Source: Malacoraja senta
Lineage: Eukaryota
Direction: 5' to 3'
Assembly (NCBI GenBank): GCA_038087875.1
Contig: CM075994.1
Location: forward strand, 11,162,001-11,226,000
DNA: 64,000 nt
Made by a program: the position numbers and the translations under genes. The first letter of the stretch is position 1. Every line of letters starts with the position of its first letter. Positions 39,009 to 51,180 of the stretch are shown here, piece after piece. The notes below the pieces were generated by a model, which saw only the letters and a list, made by a program, of their open reading frames with translations, was not told the origin of the DNA and did no database searches.

Positions 39009-39208
39009 NNNNNNNNNNNNNNNNNNNNNNNNNNNNNNNNNNNNNNNNNNNNNNNNNNNNNNNNNNNNNNNNNNNNNNNNNNNNNNNNNNNNNNNNNNNN
39101 NNNNNNNNNNNNNNNNNNNNNNNNNNNNNNNNNNNNNNNNNNNNNNNNNNNNNNNNNNNNNNNNNNNNNNNNNNNNNNNNNNNNNNNNNNNNNNNNNNNN
39201 NNNNNNNN
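39009..39208. other. Assembly gap (200 N)
   Basis: N run. Confidence 1.
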
Positions 39209-39554
39209 AGTCAAGGGAAATGGGGAGAAGGCAGGAACGTGGTACTGATTGTGGATGATCTGCCATGATCACAGTGAATGGCGGCGCTGGCTCGAAGGAC
39301 CGAATGGCCTACTCCTGCAATTATTGTCTTAGATACTGGTTTAAACCGAAGATAGACACAAAATGCTGGAGTAACTCAACGGACAAGCAGCATCTCACGG
39401 GAATGGACACATTCATTCTCCCCAGAGATGCTGCCTCTCCCGCTGAGTTACTCCAGAATATGGTGTCTACTGCGGACTGAATAGAAGGAGTGTGCGCTGC
39501 CTTTAGGCGGCAGCAGCGGCAGCAGCAGCGGGGGCGGGGTTATCCAGAGACAGA

Positions 39555-39691
39555 AACTCAACCTGTACAGCCGCGCTCTCCCCAGCAACTGCTGACTCAC
39601 AGCCGCGCACTGCTCCCATTGCCCAGCGCCACGGCTGGCAGCCGCGCCCCGCTGCAGCTTCGCAGCGAAGGTGAAACCGGTGGAAATCCCC
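39555..39691 (-). promoter_or_regulatory. Minus-strand copy of the promoter-like module pointing toward the TAP2 body; partial copies at ~40081-40116 and ~42440-42520
   Basis: ggaaatcccc 39682-39691, gaaggtgaaacc, tgactca and ctcaacctg are the reverse complements of the module motifs. Confidence 0.55.
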
Positions 39692-42600
39692 AGGCAGCGT
39701 GGGGGAGGGGAGAGGGGGGGGGAGGGGGATGGGAAGGGGCAGGGGAGAGGGGGAGAGGGGAAGGGGAGAGGAGAGGAAGAGGGGAGAAAGCAGACGGGGA
39801 GGGGAGAGGGGGAGGAGGGGAAGGGGAGAGTGGGAGGGAGGGGTGGAGAGGAGGTGGAGGAGGGGACAGGGTAAGGAGGTGGGAAGGGGAGAGGGGAAGA
39901 GCTAAAGGGGAGAGGAGGAGAGGGGGAGGGGAATGGAGAGTAGTAGGGGAGGGGGGCAGAGAGGGGTAGGGAGAGGGAAGGGGCAGAGGGGAAGGGAAAG
40001 GGGAGGTGAGGAGGGGGAGGGGGCAGAGGGGATGGGGAGGGTTGTGGAGAGGGGGAAGGGAGAGGAAACGCGGAGGGGGAAGCTTCGCAGCGAAGTTGAA
40101 ACCGGTGGAAATCCCTTGGCACCGTGGGGGAGGGGAGAGGGGGGGGAGGATAGAGGGGCGGAGAGAGGGGGAGGGGGAGGAGGGAGGGGAGGAGAGAGGG
40201 AGGGGGGAGAGGAGGAGAATAGAGGGGGAGGAGAGATGGGGAGGAGAGAGGGGGAGGAGGAGAATAGAGGGGGAGAGAGATGGGGAGGAGAGGGGGAGGG
40301 GAGAGTGGGAGGGGAGAAGAGAGGGGGAGGAGAGAGGGCGAAGGTGAGTGGGAGGGGAGAGGGGGAGTGGAGAGGGGGAGGGAGAGGGGAGTGGAGATGG
40401 TGAGGGGAGTGCGGGAGGGGAGGAGAGAGAGAGAGGGGTGAGAGGGAGTGAGAGGGGTAGGAGAGGGAGGGAGAGCGGGTGGGGGAGGGGTGTAGCGGGG
40501 GAGGAGAGAGGAGGAGGGGATGACAGAGGGAGAGGGGGAGGAGGAGGAGAGAGGGAGGGAGGGAGGGGGAAGACGAGGGTGAGGGATTGTGGGAGGTTAG
40601 GGGAGAAGAGGAGTGACGGGGGAGGGGAGAAGGAGGGATGGGGAGCGGAGAGAGGGGAGAGGGGGAGGGGAGGAAGATGGAGCGGAGCGGTGAAGGGGGT
40701 TAGTGGGAGGGGTGAGAGCGAGGGGGAGGAGTGAGAGAGAGGGGAGAGAGGGAGAGGTGGAAGGGAAGGGGAGAGTAGAGGGGAGGGCGGAGGGGAGAGA
40801 GGGAAAGGAGAGGGGCACGGATTGAGGTGAAGGGAAGAGGAGAGGGGAAGGAAGAGGACTGATGCAGCGGAGTGGGATGGGCGAGAGGGGGAGAGAAAGG
40901 GGGAGGGGAGGGCGGGTAGAGAGGGGGAGAGGGAGAAGAGTGGAAGCGGATAGGGTGAAGGGAGAGGGGAGGGAAGATGAAGAGGGAGAGGACGAGGTGG
41001 AGGGGCAGTGGGATGGGATAGAGGGGAAGTAGATGGGAGCGGAGGTGACGACGAGGAGAGGGGAAGCGGGGGGAGAGTGTAGAGGGGGGGGGAGTGAGGG
41101 AGAGCAGTGGGATGGGAGAGGGGGAGATGTGGGAGCGGGAGGGTGGAGAAAGAGAGTGGAGAGAGGGGGAGGGGAGGAAAGGGAGTGGAAGTGTAGGGAT
41201 ATGGTTAAGGGAGAGGGGGAGGGGAGAGGGAGGGAGAGAGAGGGGGTGTGGGAGAGGGGGGAGACGAGAGCGGAGTGTGAGGGGAGAGAGGGTGGAAAGG
41301 GAGGGGGAGAGGGAGTGGAGGAGGGACGGGAAGAGGGGGAGGGGAGAGTGGGGATGTAGAGGGGGAGGGGAGGAGGAAGAGAGGCGAGGGGAAGAGGAGA
41401 GTGGAGGGAGGTAGAGGGGGACCGAGAAGGGGGAAGAGGAGAGGGCGAGAAATAGGGGAAGGAGAGGGGACAGGGAGGGGAGATGGGGTGAGGATAGGGA
41501 GAGGGGGGAGTGGGAAGTGGGAACGGAAGGCGAGAGGGAAATGGAGATGTGAGAGAGGGGGAGGGCGAAATGGGGAGGGGTGAGAGGGAGTGGAGTGTGA
41601 GGGGAGGGGGTGAATGGGAGGGGGAGAGGGGCGATGGAGTGGAGGAGGGACGGGAAGAGGGGGAGGTGAGTGAGGGATGTAGAGGGGAGAGGAGGGAGGA
41701 GGAGAGGGGAGGGGATGGGGAGGTGAGAGAGGGGAGCGGGAGGGAGGGAGAGGGGGAAGGAGGAGGGATTGGGGGAGGGTAGAGAGATGGGGGCAGATGG
41801 GAGGCGGGAGAGGGGGGTGATAGAGGAGTGGGAAGGGGGGGGTAGAAAGGGGAGGGGGAGAGGGGGACGGGAGAGAGGGAGGGGGTAAGGGGAAAGAAGT
41901 GTAGAGAGGTGAGAGGGTGAGAGGAAGAGGGGTGAGAGAAGGGGAAAAGGGAGAGGGAGAGGAGGGGAGAGGGGACGGAGAGGGGGCGGAAGGAGGGAGG
42001 GGAGAGGGTGGGAGAGGGGAGAGGTGAAGGGGAGGGGAGGAAATAGCGGAGATGGCAGACGGGGAGGGGAGGGGGAGGAGGGGAAGGGGAGATTGGGAGG
42101 GGGGTGGAGGGAGGTGGAGGGGAGAGGGTAAAGAGGTGGGAAGGGAGAGGAGAAGAGCTAAAGGGGAGAGAGAGAGGGGGAGGGGAATGGGGAATGGGAG
42201 GGAGGGGAGCGGAGAGGGGAGAGGGAGAGGGGAGGGGCAGAGGGGAAGGGGAAGGGGAGGGGTGAGGAGGGGGCAGAGGGGACGGCAAGGTTATGGAGAG
42301 GGGGGAAGGGAGAGGAGACGCGGAGGGGGAAGGAGAAGGGAAGGGGATGTGGAGAGGAGAGGCGGAGAAGGAGAGGGGCGGGGAAAGCGGGGGGGGGGGG
42401 GAGAGGGGTGAGTTGGGGTGGGTGCAGGGGGAGACACCTGCTCCAATTGGTCAGCGCCACGGCTGGAAGCCGCGCCCCGCTGCAGCTTCGCAGCGCAGGT
42501 GAAACCGGTGGAAATCCCCTGGCAGCCTGGGGAGTGGAGAGAGGGAGGAAGAGGGAGAGGAAGGGCGAGGGGGAAGGGAGAAGGGAGGGGAGAGGGGTGA

Positions 42601-43910
42601 GTGGAGAGGGGGAGAGGATGTTAGAGGCGAGGGGAGGAGAGAGGGGGAGAGGGAAAGGGGGAGGGGAGGGGAGGAGAGAGGGAGAGGGGGAGGGGAGAGT
42701 AGGGGAGGATAGAGGGGGAAGGGAGGAGAGAGGGGGGGGGGGAGGAGGGGTTGTAGAGGGGAGGGGGGGGGGAAGGGAGAGGGGCGAGAGGAAGAGGAGA
42801 GGGGAGGGAGGTAGATGGGGAGGGGGAGAAGGGGGTGAGGGAGAGGGAGAGGGCGAGGAAGAGGGGGAAGGAGAGGGACATGGGGAGGGGAAAGGGTGAG
42901 GATAGGGAGAGGGAGAGGGCAGGGAAGGGGAAGGGGGTACGGAAGGCGAGAGGAGAATGGGAGATGGGAGAGAGGGGGAGGGGCGAAAGGGGGAGGTGAG
43001 AGGGAGAGGAGTGTGAGGGGAGAGGGTGAATGGGAGAGGGAGTGGAGGAGGGACGGAGAGGGGGAGGGGAGAGAGGGGATGTAGTGGGGAGAGGGGGGAG
43101 GAGGAGAGGCGAGGGAGGAAGAGGAGGAGGGGAGGGGGAGATGAGAGAGGGGAGCGGGAGGGTGAGGGAGAGGGGGAAGGAGAGGCAGGGATTGGGGGGG
43201 GGGGTAGGGAGATGGGAGTAGATGGGAGGCGGGAGAGGGAGATGGTAGAGGAGGGTGAAGGGAGGGTTGAAATGGGGGGAGATGGGGACGGGGAGAGAGA
43301 GGGAAGCGGTAAGGGGAAATAAGTGGAGAGAGGTGGGGAGGAGAGGGGAATAGGAAGAGGGGAGAGAGATGGGGAGGAAAGGGGGAGGGGGGAAGGTAGA
43401 GCGGGGAGGGTAGAGGTGAAATGGAGAGGGAGAGCAGGGGGGGAACGGGCGAGGGGTGGGGGGAAGGGGAGGTAGAAGGGGAGGGAGAGAGGTGGAGCGG
43501 GAGGGGAGGGGCAGAGGGCGCGATGAGAGGGGGAGTGGGAGAGTGAGGGGGTGTAGGGGAGGGAGGGGGAGATGGGGAGATGGGGAGTGTAGAGAGGGGA
43601 AGGGTAGGAGGGGGGTTTAGAGAGGGGGAGGATAGACAGTGGGAGGGTAGGGAGGGGGTGCGCGGAGAGGGGAAGGGGAGAGGGAGATGGGGGCGAGAGG
43701 GGGGAGAGGGGACGGGAGAGTGGAAGGGGTGAGGAGAGGGGAGAGGGACGGGGAGAGCGAAGGCAAGGGGCGTGGTTGACTATAAAAGGGGTAGAGGAGA
43801 GAAGGGTGGGGGAGAGAGGATAAGTTAAGGGGACACGTTTGTGGGGAGGGGATAAGTGGGGAGGGGAGAGGGGACAAGGGGTGAGGGGACAAGGGTTGAG
43901 GGGCGGAGGT
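39692..43910. repeat. ~4.2 kb G/A-rich low-complexity polypurine tract (pyrimidine-rich counterparts at 9120-9500 and 11005-12375)
   Basis: Almost entirely G and A on the plus strand. Confidence 0.95.
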
Positions 43911-45434
43911 CATAGGGGGGGCGAGATTAGGAGACGGGGCAGGGGAGTGGACAATGGGGAGAGGGGGGATTCTGTACTAGCTGTTCTCTTTATCCTGTAT
44001 CTGTGCATTGTGCACCGATTGACGATATTAAACCAAACTAATTTGGCCGGGGCGGGGGGGGGGTGTCGTGGAGGTGGGGGGAAGAATTCAGGGAGAAAGG
44101 TAGGGGGCAGTGAGAGGAGTAGAATGAGAGGCAGGTGGTGGGAGAGGGATGGGGGGGTCGTGGTAGAGAACAGGCTGGGACAGGTGTGGGGTGGCGGGAG
44201 GGGAGGGACGGTGAGGGGGTGGTCGTGGTAGAGAACAGCCTGGGGCAGGAGGGGCGGTGGTGGCGAGGGAGATAGAGGAACAATGAAACCCTGCTCACAT
44301 ACACATCGACAAAGACAACACACACAATCAGATTATGCACTAATTACGCATAATATCTATGAAAGAAAAAAAAGAACAAGATATTAATTCAAAAACACAA
44401 TTAGAAAAATAAACAAGCCCATGGTAGTGAAGAGATGGGCTGTCGAGTTCCATTACTGAGATAATGTCTGGGTTGTGTAGGTTGGTTCAAGGACCTCATC
44501 CCCTCTCACCTCTTATCCCTGGCCTTAAACCAATGGCCTTTGGTTTAGTTTGGAGATACAGTGCGCAAACAGGCCCTTCGGCCCACCAAGTTCTCACCGA
44601 CCAGCGGTCCCCGCACACTAACACGATCCTACACACATTAGGGCAATTTACATTTATATCAAGACAATTAACATTCAAACCTGTACGTTTTTGGATTGTG
44701 GGAGGTACCGGAGAACGTGCAAACTCCACACAGACAGCACCCGTAGTCAGTATTGAACCCGGGTCTCTGGCTCTGTAAGGCAGCAACTCTACCGCTGTGC
44801 CACCGTGCCGCCCGACGGAGAAATGTTGTGGAGAAAAGTTTCCGATGACCCTTGGGGCCTTTTGGAAACTAAATAATAAACCCGGGCCTATCCAAGTTGC
44901 AGTAGTTGAAGTTTATTGTCGCATCCACAAGTGCGGATCGGACCAGCTACAATGGCATTGCTTGCTGCAGCGTCACACGCACATTGACTCACACAAGGCA
45001 CAAAACATAATTATACAGAAATTACGCAAGAAGGAAGACTGGGCAGAAGTACAATTAGAAAAGGAAATCAACTCCACTGTAGTGCTGGTGGGTGTTGGTG
45101 ATGTGTGGTGGAGGTAGCGTTAGGGTCCCTGTGTCTAACACACAGCGGCTCACTTGCACAAAGATATCCAGTGAACTGGTCATACATGACCTCCCGGTCA
45201 CGGGTCACGGGCGTTACTGTAACCTCACCCCCACGGCCGAGCCGATCCCCACGATGTACTGGTCTACTTGCCCCGGACTTACCTGTCTCTCTGCCCCCAC
45301 ATCATTGACGATATACCTCCTCCAACATTAACCATCCCCTCCATCTCCACCCTCCCTGCCCTCCACAACACTCTTCAACCCTCACTCCCCTCCATTACAT
45401 ACCCCACCCCTCACTCCCCCATAACACACCCCAT

Positions 45435-46660
45435 AGTAGAGTGGATAAGGGAGAACCAGTGGATGTGTTATATCTGGACTTTCAGAAGGCTTTCGACAAG
45501 GTCCCACATAAGAGATTAGTATGCAAACATACAGCACACGGTATTGGGGGTTCAGTATTGATGTGGATAGAGAACTGGCTGGCAGACAGGAAGCAAAGAG
45601 TAGGAGTAAACGGATCATTTTCACAATGGCAGGCAGTGACTAGTGGGGTACCGCAAGGCTCAGTGCTGGGACCCCAGTTATTTACGATATATATTAATGA
45701 TTTGCACGAGGGAATTGAATGCAACATCTCCAAGTTTGCGGATGACACGAAGCTGGGGGGCGGTGTTAGCTGTGAGGAGGATGCTCGGAGGCTGCAAGGT
45801 GACTTGGTTAGGCTGGGTGAGTGGGCAAATGCATGGCAGATGCAGTGTAATGTGGATAAATGTGAGGTTATCCACTTTGGTGGCAAAAACAGGAAAGTAG
45901 GCTATTATCTGAATGGTGGCCGATTAGGAAAAGGGGAGATGCAACGAGACGTGGGTGTCATGGTACACCAGTCATTAAAGTAGGCATGCAGGTGCAGCAG
46001 GCAGTGAAGAATGCGAATGGTATGTTAGCATTCATAGCAAAAGGATTTGAGTATAGGAGCAGGGAGGTTCTAGTGCAGTTGTACAGGGTCTTGGTGAGAC
46101 CACACCTGAGTATTGCGGACAGTTTTGGTCTCCTAATCTGAGGAAAGACATTCTTGCCATAGAAGGAGTACAGAGAAGGTTCACCAGACTGATTCCTGGG
46201 ATGTCAGGACTTTCATATGAAGAACGACTGGATAGACTCGGTTTGTACTCGCTAGAATTTAGAAGATTGAGGGGGGATCTGACAGAAACGTACAAATTCT
46301 TAAGGGTTTGGACAGGCTAGATGCAGGAAGATTGTCCCCGATGTTGGGGAAGTCCAGAACAAGGGGTCACAGTTTACGGATAAGGGGGAAATCTTTTAGG
46401 ACCTAGATGAGGAAAACATTTTTCACACAGAGAGTGGTGAATCTCTGGAATTCTCTGCCACAGAATGTAGTTGAGGCCAGGTCATTGGCTATATTTAAGA
46501 GGGAGTTAGATGTGGCCGTTGTGGCTAAAGGGATCAGGGGGTATGGAGAGAAAACAGGTACAGGATACTGAGTTGGATGATCAGCCATGATCATATCGAA
46601 TGGCGGTGCAGGCTCGAAGGGCCAAATGGCCTACTCCTGCACCTATTTTCTATGTTTCTA
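45435..46660 (+). mobile_element. CR1 LINE 3' half inserted into a C/A-rich ~27-bp minisatellite
   Basis: ORF 45441-45983 (YLDFQKAFDKVPH, GVPQGSVLGP, FADDTK). ccctcactcccccataacacacc units flank both sides. Confidence 0.95.
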
Positions 46661-48485
46661 TCCCTCACTCCCCTCCATAACACACCTTCACCCCTCACTC
46701 TCCACTCCCCCCTCCATAACACACCCCACCCCTCACTCCCCCATAACACACCCCACCCCTCACTCGCTACTCCCCCATAACACACCCCACCCCTCAATCG
46801 CCACACCCCCATAACGCACCACTTACTCCTCTCCATAACACATCCCCACCCCTCAATCCCCCACTCCATAACACACCGACACAGCTCACCCACCATAAAA
46901 CACCCCCACCCCTCACTCCTCTCCATAACACACCTCCACCATTCTACTGCACCATACCTCTCCCTCTCTCCTCCAATCCATACTCCCCTCCTCCTTCCTC
47001 CTCTCTCCAATTCTCTTCTCCCCCCTCATCTCCACCCCCTCTCCTCCTCCCCATCTCCCCCTCTGCTCCTCATCTATTTCCCCCTCCCTCCTCTATCCCG
47101 ACTCCCCCCTCTGCCCACTCCCCCTCCTTCTTCCCCCACCTCCCTCCCATTCCCCTCCCCCTGAGCCCTTTCACCTCTCCTCTTCCCCACCCCTCCTTCC
47201 CTCCTCTCTCCCACCCGCCTCTCGAACCTCCTCTCCCCTCCCTCCTTTTCCCCTCCCTCCCTCCACTCTCCTCTTCCCCATCCCTCCACGCCCGCTCCCT
47301 CTCTCAACTGCCCCCCCCCCGGCAGGCAGGGAGGCGGGGGGGGCAGAGCAGTGGGCGGAAGCAGAGGCGGGGTGCGGAGGCAGGGGAGAGGAGGCAGCGA
47401 GCATGGGGAGGGGGGATTGGAGCAACTGGGAAGAGGGTGGAGTTAAACGTGTCGTGGGGGGAGTTAAGAGGGAGTGAGGGGAGGGAATGGCAGGGGAATG
47501 ACGGGGGGGGGGGGGGGGTTGGGGGGTGAGGAGCGGGACTTGATGGGAGCGGGAGGGGAGGGAGTTGGGGAAGTGGGTGGTGTTGGGAGGGTTTGGGGTG
47601 GGGAGAGGGATTGAGGCGGGAGAGGGTGTTGGATGGGGTGTGAGGGGAAGCAGTTGAAGGGGAGTTGGGGGGGGTGTTGAGAGGGTTGCGGGTGTAGATG
47701 GTGAGGTAGGGAGGGGGAGTTAGAGGGGGGTGAGGAGATGGAGTTACGGGGGGGGTGATGAGGAGGGGGAGAGGGTGTTGGGGTAGAGAGTGGAAGATGT
47801 GGGGAGAGGGCGGCTGGTGTACTGAGGGTTGCTGCTCTGCATCTGACCCAGGGGCCGGGCACCACCCCCCTATCCATGCTCCTTACCCCACCCCCTCCAC
47901 TGCCCCCCCCCCCTCATTCGTTCCCTCCCCACTCTGTCCTATCGTTCGCCCCGCTTCCCCCGTCCCTTTCTCCCCTTACATCCTTCATCCAAAGCTTTCC
48001 CCCTTCCCGTACCCTCTTCCACCCACCTCCCCACTGCCCCATTCGCCTCCTCCTCCACACCCTCTCGGGATGTGAAACCGGAAAAACTGATGTCTGACGA
48101 AGGGTCCCGCCCCAGAGCGTCGTGTGTCCATTCCCTCCCCCATTGCAGCCTGACTTGCTGCGTTACTCCAGCACTTTGTGTTTTGCTCCAGATTCCAACA
48201 CCTGCAGTTCCCCGTGTCTGCTCCCGTGTCCAACACAGAGGGGCATCTGGTGGAGGGTTGGGATGCTCCCTGCTCCGCTGGCTGCTCCAGCTCTTTATTT
48301 GTTATTCTGTTTGGAACTGCATCAAAGGAAACGATTCAAATATACACGTGGCCCATATCCCTGTAAACCTGCCCTGTGCATACACGGTTGGGAATGGCAG
48401 GCCGGGGGAGTGGGCGGTGGGCAGAGGGTTGGTGGTGCTGTGGAGGAGTGTGGACACTGCCAGTGACTGGCTGCTTGTGTTACAG

Positions 48486-48702
48486 GGAGGATGGCGTTGC
48501 CAGTGTTCCTACTGCCTGCCACTGGCCATGTTGGAAGTGACGGTCAGTTGGGTGCTGAGCGGGGCTCTGCGGCTGTGGGGGGTGGGGCCGCTGTTGCAGC
48601 TCTGGCTGTGGGGGAAGGTGTGTGTGCTGTGCTACGGGGGCTGCTGGTGGGGGCCTCCTCTCCTTCATCCTCTACCCGCTGCAGTTCACCTCCGCCGTCG
48701 AG
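48486..48702 (+). pseudogene. Chimeric TAP fragment: TAP2-like N-terminal coding exon fused to the 3' part of a TAP1-like exon
   Basis: Acceptor gtgttacag, ATG at 48491. MALPVF/YCLPLAMLEVTVSWVLSGALRLWGVGPLLQLWLWG is followed by KVCVLCYGG../LLSFILYPLQFTSAVE and donor gtgagt at 48703. Internal frameshifts. Confidence 0.7.
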
Positions 48703-51180
48703 GTGAGTGGAACGGGGGGAGGCTGGTGGCCGGCCACAGACCCAGACCCAGACCTAGACACAGACCCGAACCCAGGCCCAGACCCAGACCCGGACCGAGA
48801 CCCAGACCCAGACCCAGACACAGACACAGACACAGACCCAGGCACAGACCGAGACACAGACCCAGAACTTCCGAGCCAGTCCCAGACCCGGACCCAGACC
48901 CAGACCCAGACCCAGACCCAGTCCTTCCAAGCCAGACCCAGACACAGACCCAGACACAGACCCAGACACAGACCGGAGACACAGACACTGACCTTCCGAG
49001 CCAGACCCAGACACAGACCCAGACCCAGACACAGACCCTGACACAGACCTTCCGAGCCAGACCCAGACACAGACACAGACACAGACACAGACCCAGACAC
49101 AGACCCAGACCCAGACGTTCCGAGCCAGACCCTGACCCAGTTCCAGACACAGACCCAGACCCAGACCTTCCGAGACAGACCCAGACCCAAACGCAGACAC
49201 AGACCCAGACCCAGACCCAGACACAGACCCAGACCCGGACCCAGGCACAGACCCAGACACCGACGCAGACCCAGACACAGACCTAGACCCAGACACAGAC
49301 CCAGACACAGAATCAGACAGAGACCCAGAGACAGACACAGACTCAACACAGACTCAGACCCACACCCAGACTCAGACACAGACCCAGACCCAGACCCAGA
49401 CCCAGACCCAGACCCAAACCCAGACACAGACCCAGATACAGACCCAGACACAGACCCAGACCCAGACCCAGACAGACACAGACACAGACAAAGACACAGG
49501 CCCAGACCCAGACCCAGACCCAGACCCAGACCCAGTCACACAGAACCAGACACAGACCCAGGCCCCCACCCGGACCTAGACACAGACCCGAACCCAGACA
49601 CAGACACAGACCCGAACCCAGTCCCAGACCCAGACACAGACCCAGACCCAGTTCCAGACACAGACCCAGACACAGACCCAGACCCTGACCCAGTTCCAGA
49701 CACAGACCCTGACCCAGACCCTGACCACCCGAGCCAGATCCCCGGTCAAACGCGCCACCGCAACCGGCAACCCCCCGGCAACCGGACAGCTATCCCTCTG
49801 CCGTCAAGGTGAGCGTGGGGGTGGGGGAAGGGGGAGGGGGTGGGAGAACGGGGAGGGGGGTTGCTGCTGCTGGTGGGCACAGACCCAGATCCACAGACAC
49901 TCGCACGACCCCCAGGCAACCGTACACCCGTCCCCCGGTCACCCGGCAACCGGATACCCAGACATCCGTCAACTGGGCTCCTGACCCCCCGAGAACCGTC
50001 CGACAACTTGACACCCGTCCCCCCGGCAACCACCTGACAACCAGAAACCCGTCCCCCCGGCAATCGGACACCCGTCCCCCCGGCACCCACCCGGAAAACA
50101 GACACCCGTCCCCCTCTGGCTCCCGCTGTCTCTGCTCCGTTAACGCGCCTCCAGCCGTGTACACTGAGCTCCTCCGTGTGCCCCGGATTATACAGATGGC
50201 GGTGTTTAGTGAATATAGTGTTGGCGTTTCCACTTCAACGTCTGCGATCATTGACGCTCCCGGCGCACGTTCACCCCGGGAACCCTCCCGGCGCTCGGAC
50301 CCGATAGATTGTCCGCCGCACAAACTGCACTGAGCCGCCGGGAGATTGTTGAAGTGGGTGAAATGGCTTGGAGAGCGACGGGGAATCGCGCCAAACTACC
50401 CCCAGACCGACCGACGGGACGGGGTCTGTGAGCCGTCCAACCGTGGGCGCGGGGGCGTGCGGGGAGCGGTGGAAGCCGAGGCTGCCCGTCGGTGCCTGTG
50501 CAGCGGGATGGACACGGGAGCAGACCCGGCGCCCGTTAATCCCGGGAACCGTCCGGGAACTGCAGGAGCGGAGTAATTGGCAGTCACACAACCTCACGGT
50601 GACCCGCCGGGAAATTGTAACGTCCATGGAGGTGATCGCGAGGAATAGATCGGGCAGACACACCGAGTCTCTGGTCCAGAGTAGGGGAATGGAGAACCAG
50701 AGGGCATAGGTTTACGGTGGAGGGGGTGGCGGGGGAGGGGGGGGGAGTATATAGTGATTTTTTCACACATAAGGTGGCGGGTGTATGGAACAAACTGTCA
50801 GAGGAGGTAGTTGAGGCAGAGACTATCCCAACTTTTAAGAAGCAGTTACACAGCTATATGGACATGTCGGGTTTAGAGGGATTAGTGCCAAGGGCAGGCA
50901 GGTGGGGCATGATCCCAGCACCGGCTTTTTTTCCGGGGAAAGCTTCCGTTGCCGGTTTATCGCGGGAGATTCCCGGCATGTTGGTCGGTGTGGGCAAGTT
51001 GGGCCGAAGGGCCTTTCCCCCGCCATTTGATGGGATCCCAATTTCCGCTGTTCACTGCAAGGTTGTGAGACCGACCAGTCCTGTAGCGCAGTGGACATTT
51101 TCGGGATAAATCTCGCCAAACAACCGGAGCTGTCAGCGGCGGCGGCGGGTTCCGGGGTGCGCACAGACTGACCGTGGGGA
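48690..51180 (+). repeat. Tandem duplication unit 1 (TAP1-like exon end, hexamer satellite, ~1.4 kb shared body, CR1 tail)
   Basis: Near-identical to 51670-54050, offset ~2.85 kb (e.g. 50581 vs 53433). Confidence 0.92.
48736..49735. repeat. (CAGACC/CAGACA)n hexamer satellite; second array at 51710-52540
   Basis: Direct inspection; source of the PDPD/TQTQ/RPRH ORFs. Confidence 0.97.

Noticed and set aside
39448..43913. Pro/Ser/Leu- or Gly/Glu/Arg-rich ORFs including the 563-aa ORF
   Set aside because: Low-complexity purine tract lacks stop codons by composition; the same applies to 10917-12480.
50130..50560. Shared body of the tandem unit as a further TAP1 or PSMB exon
   Set aside because: No frame gave a recognisable TAP, proteasome or class I peptide.
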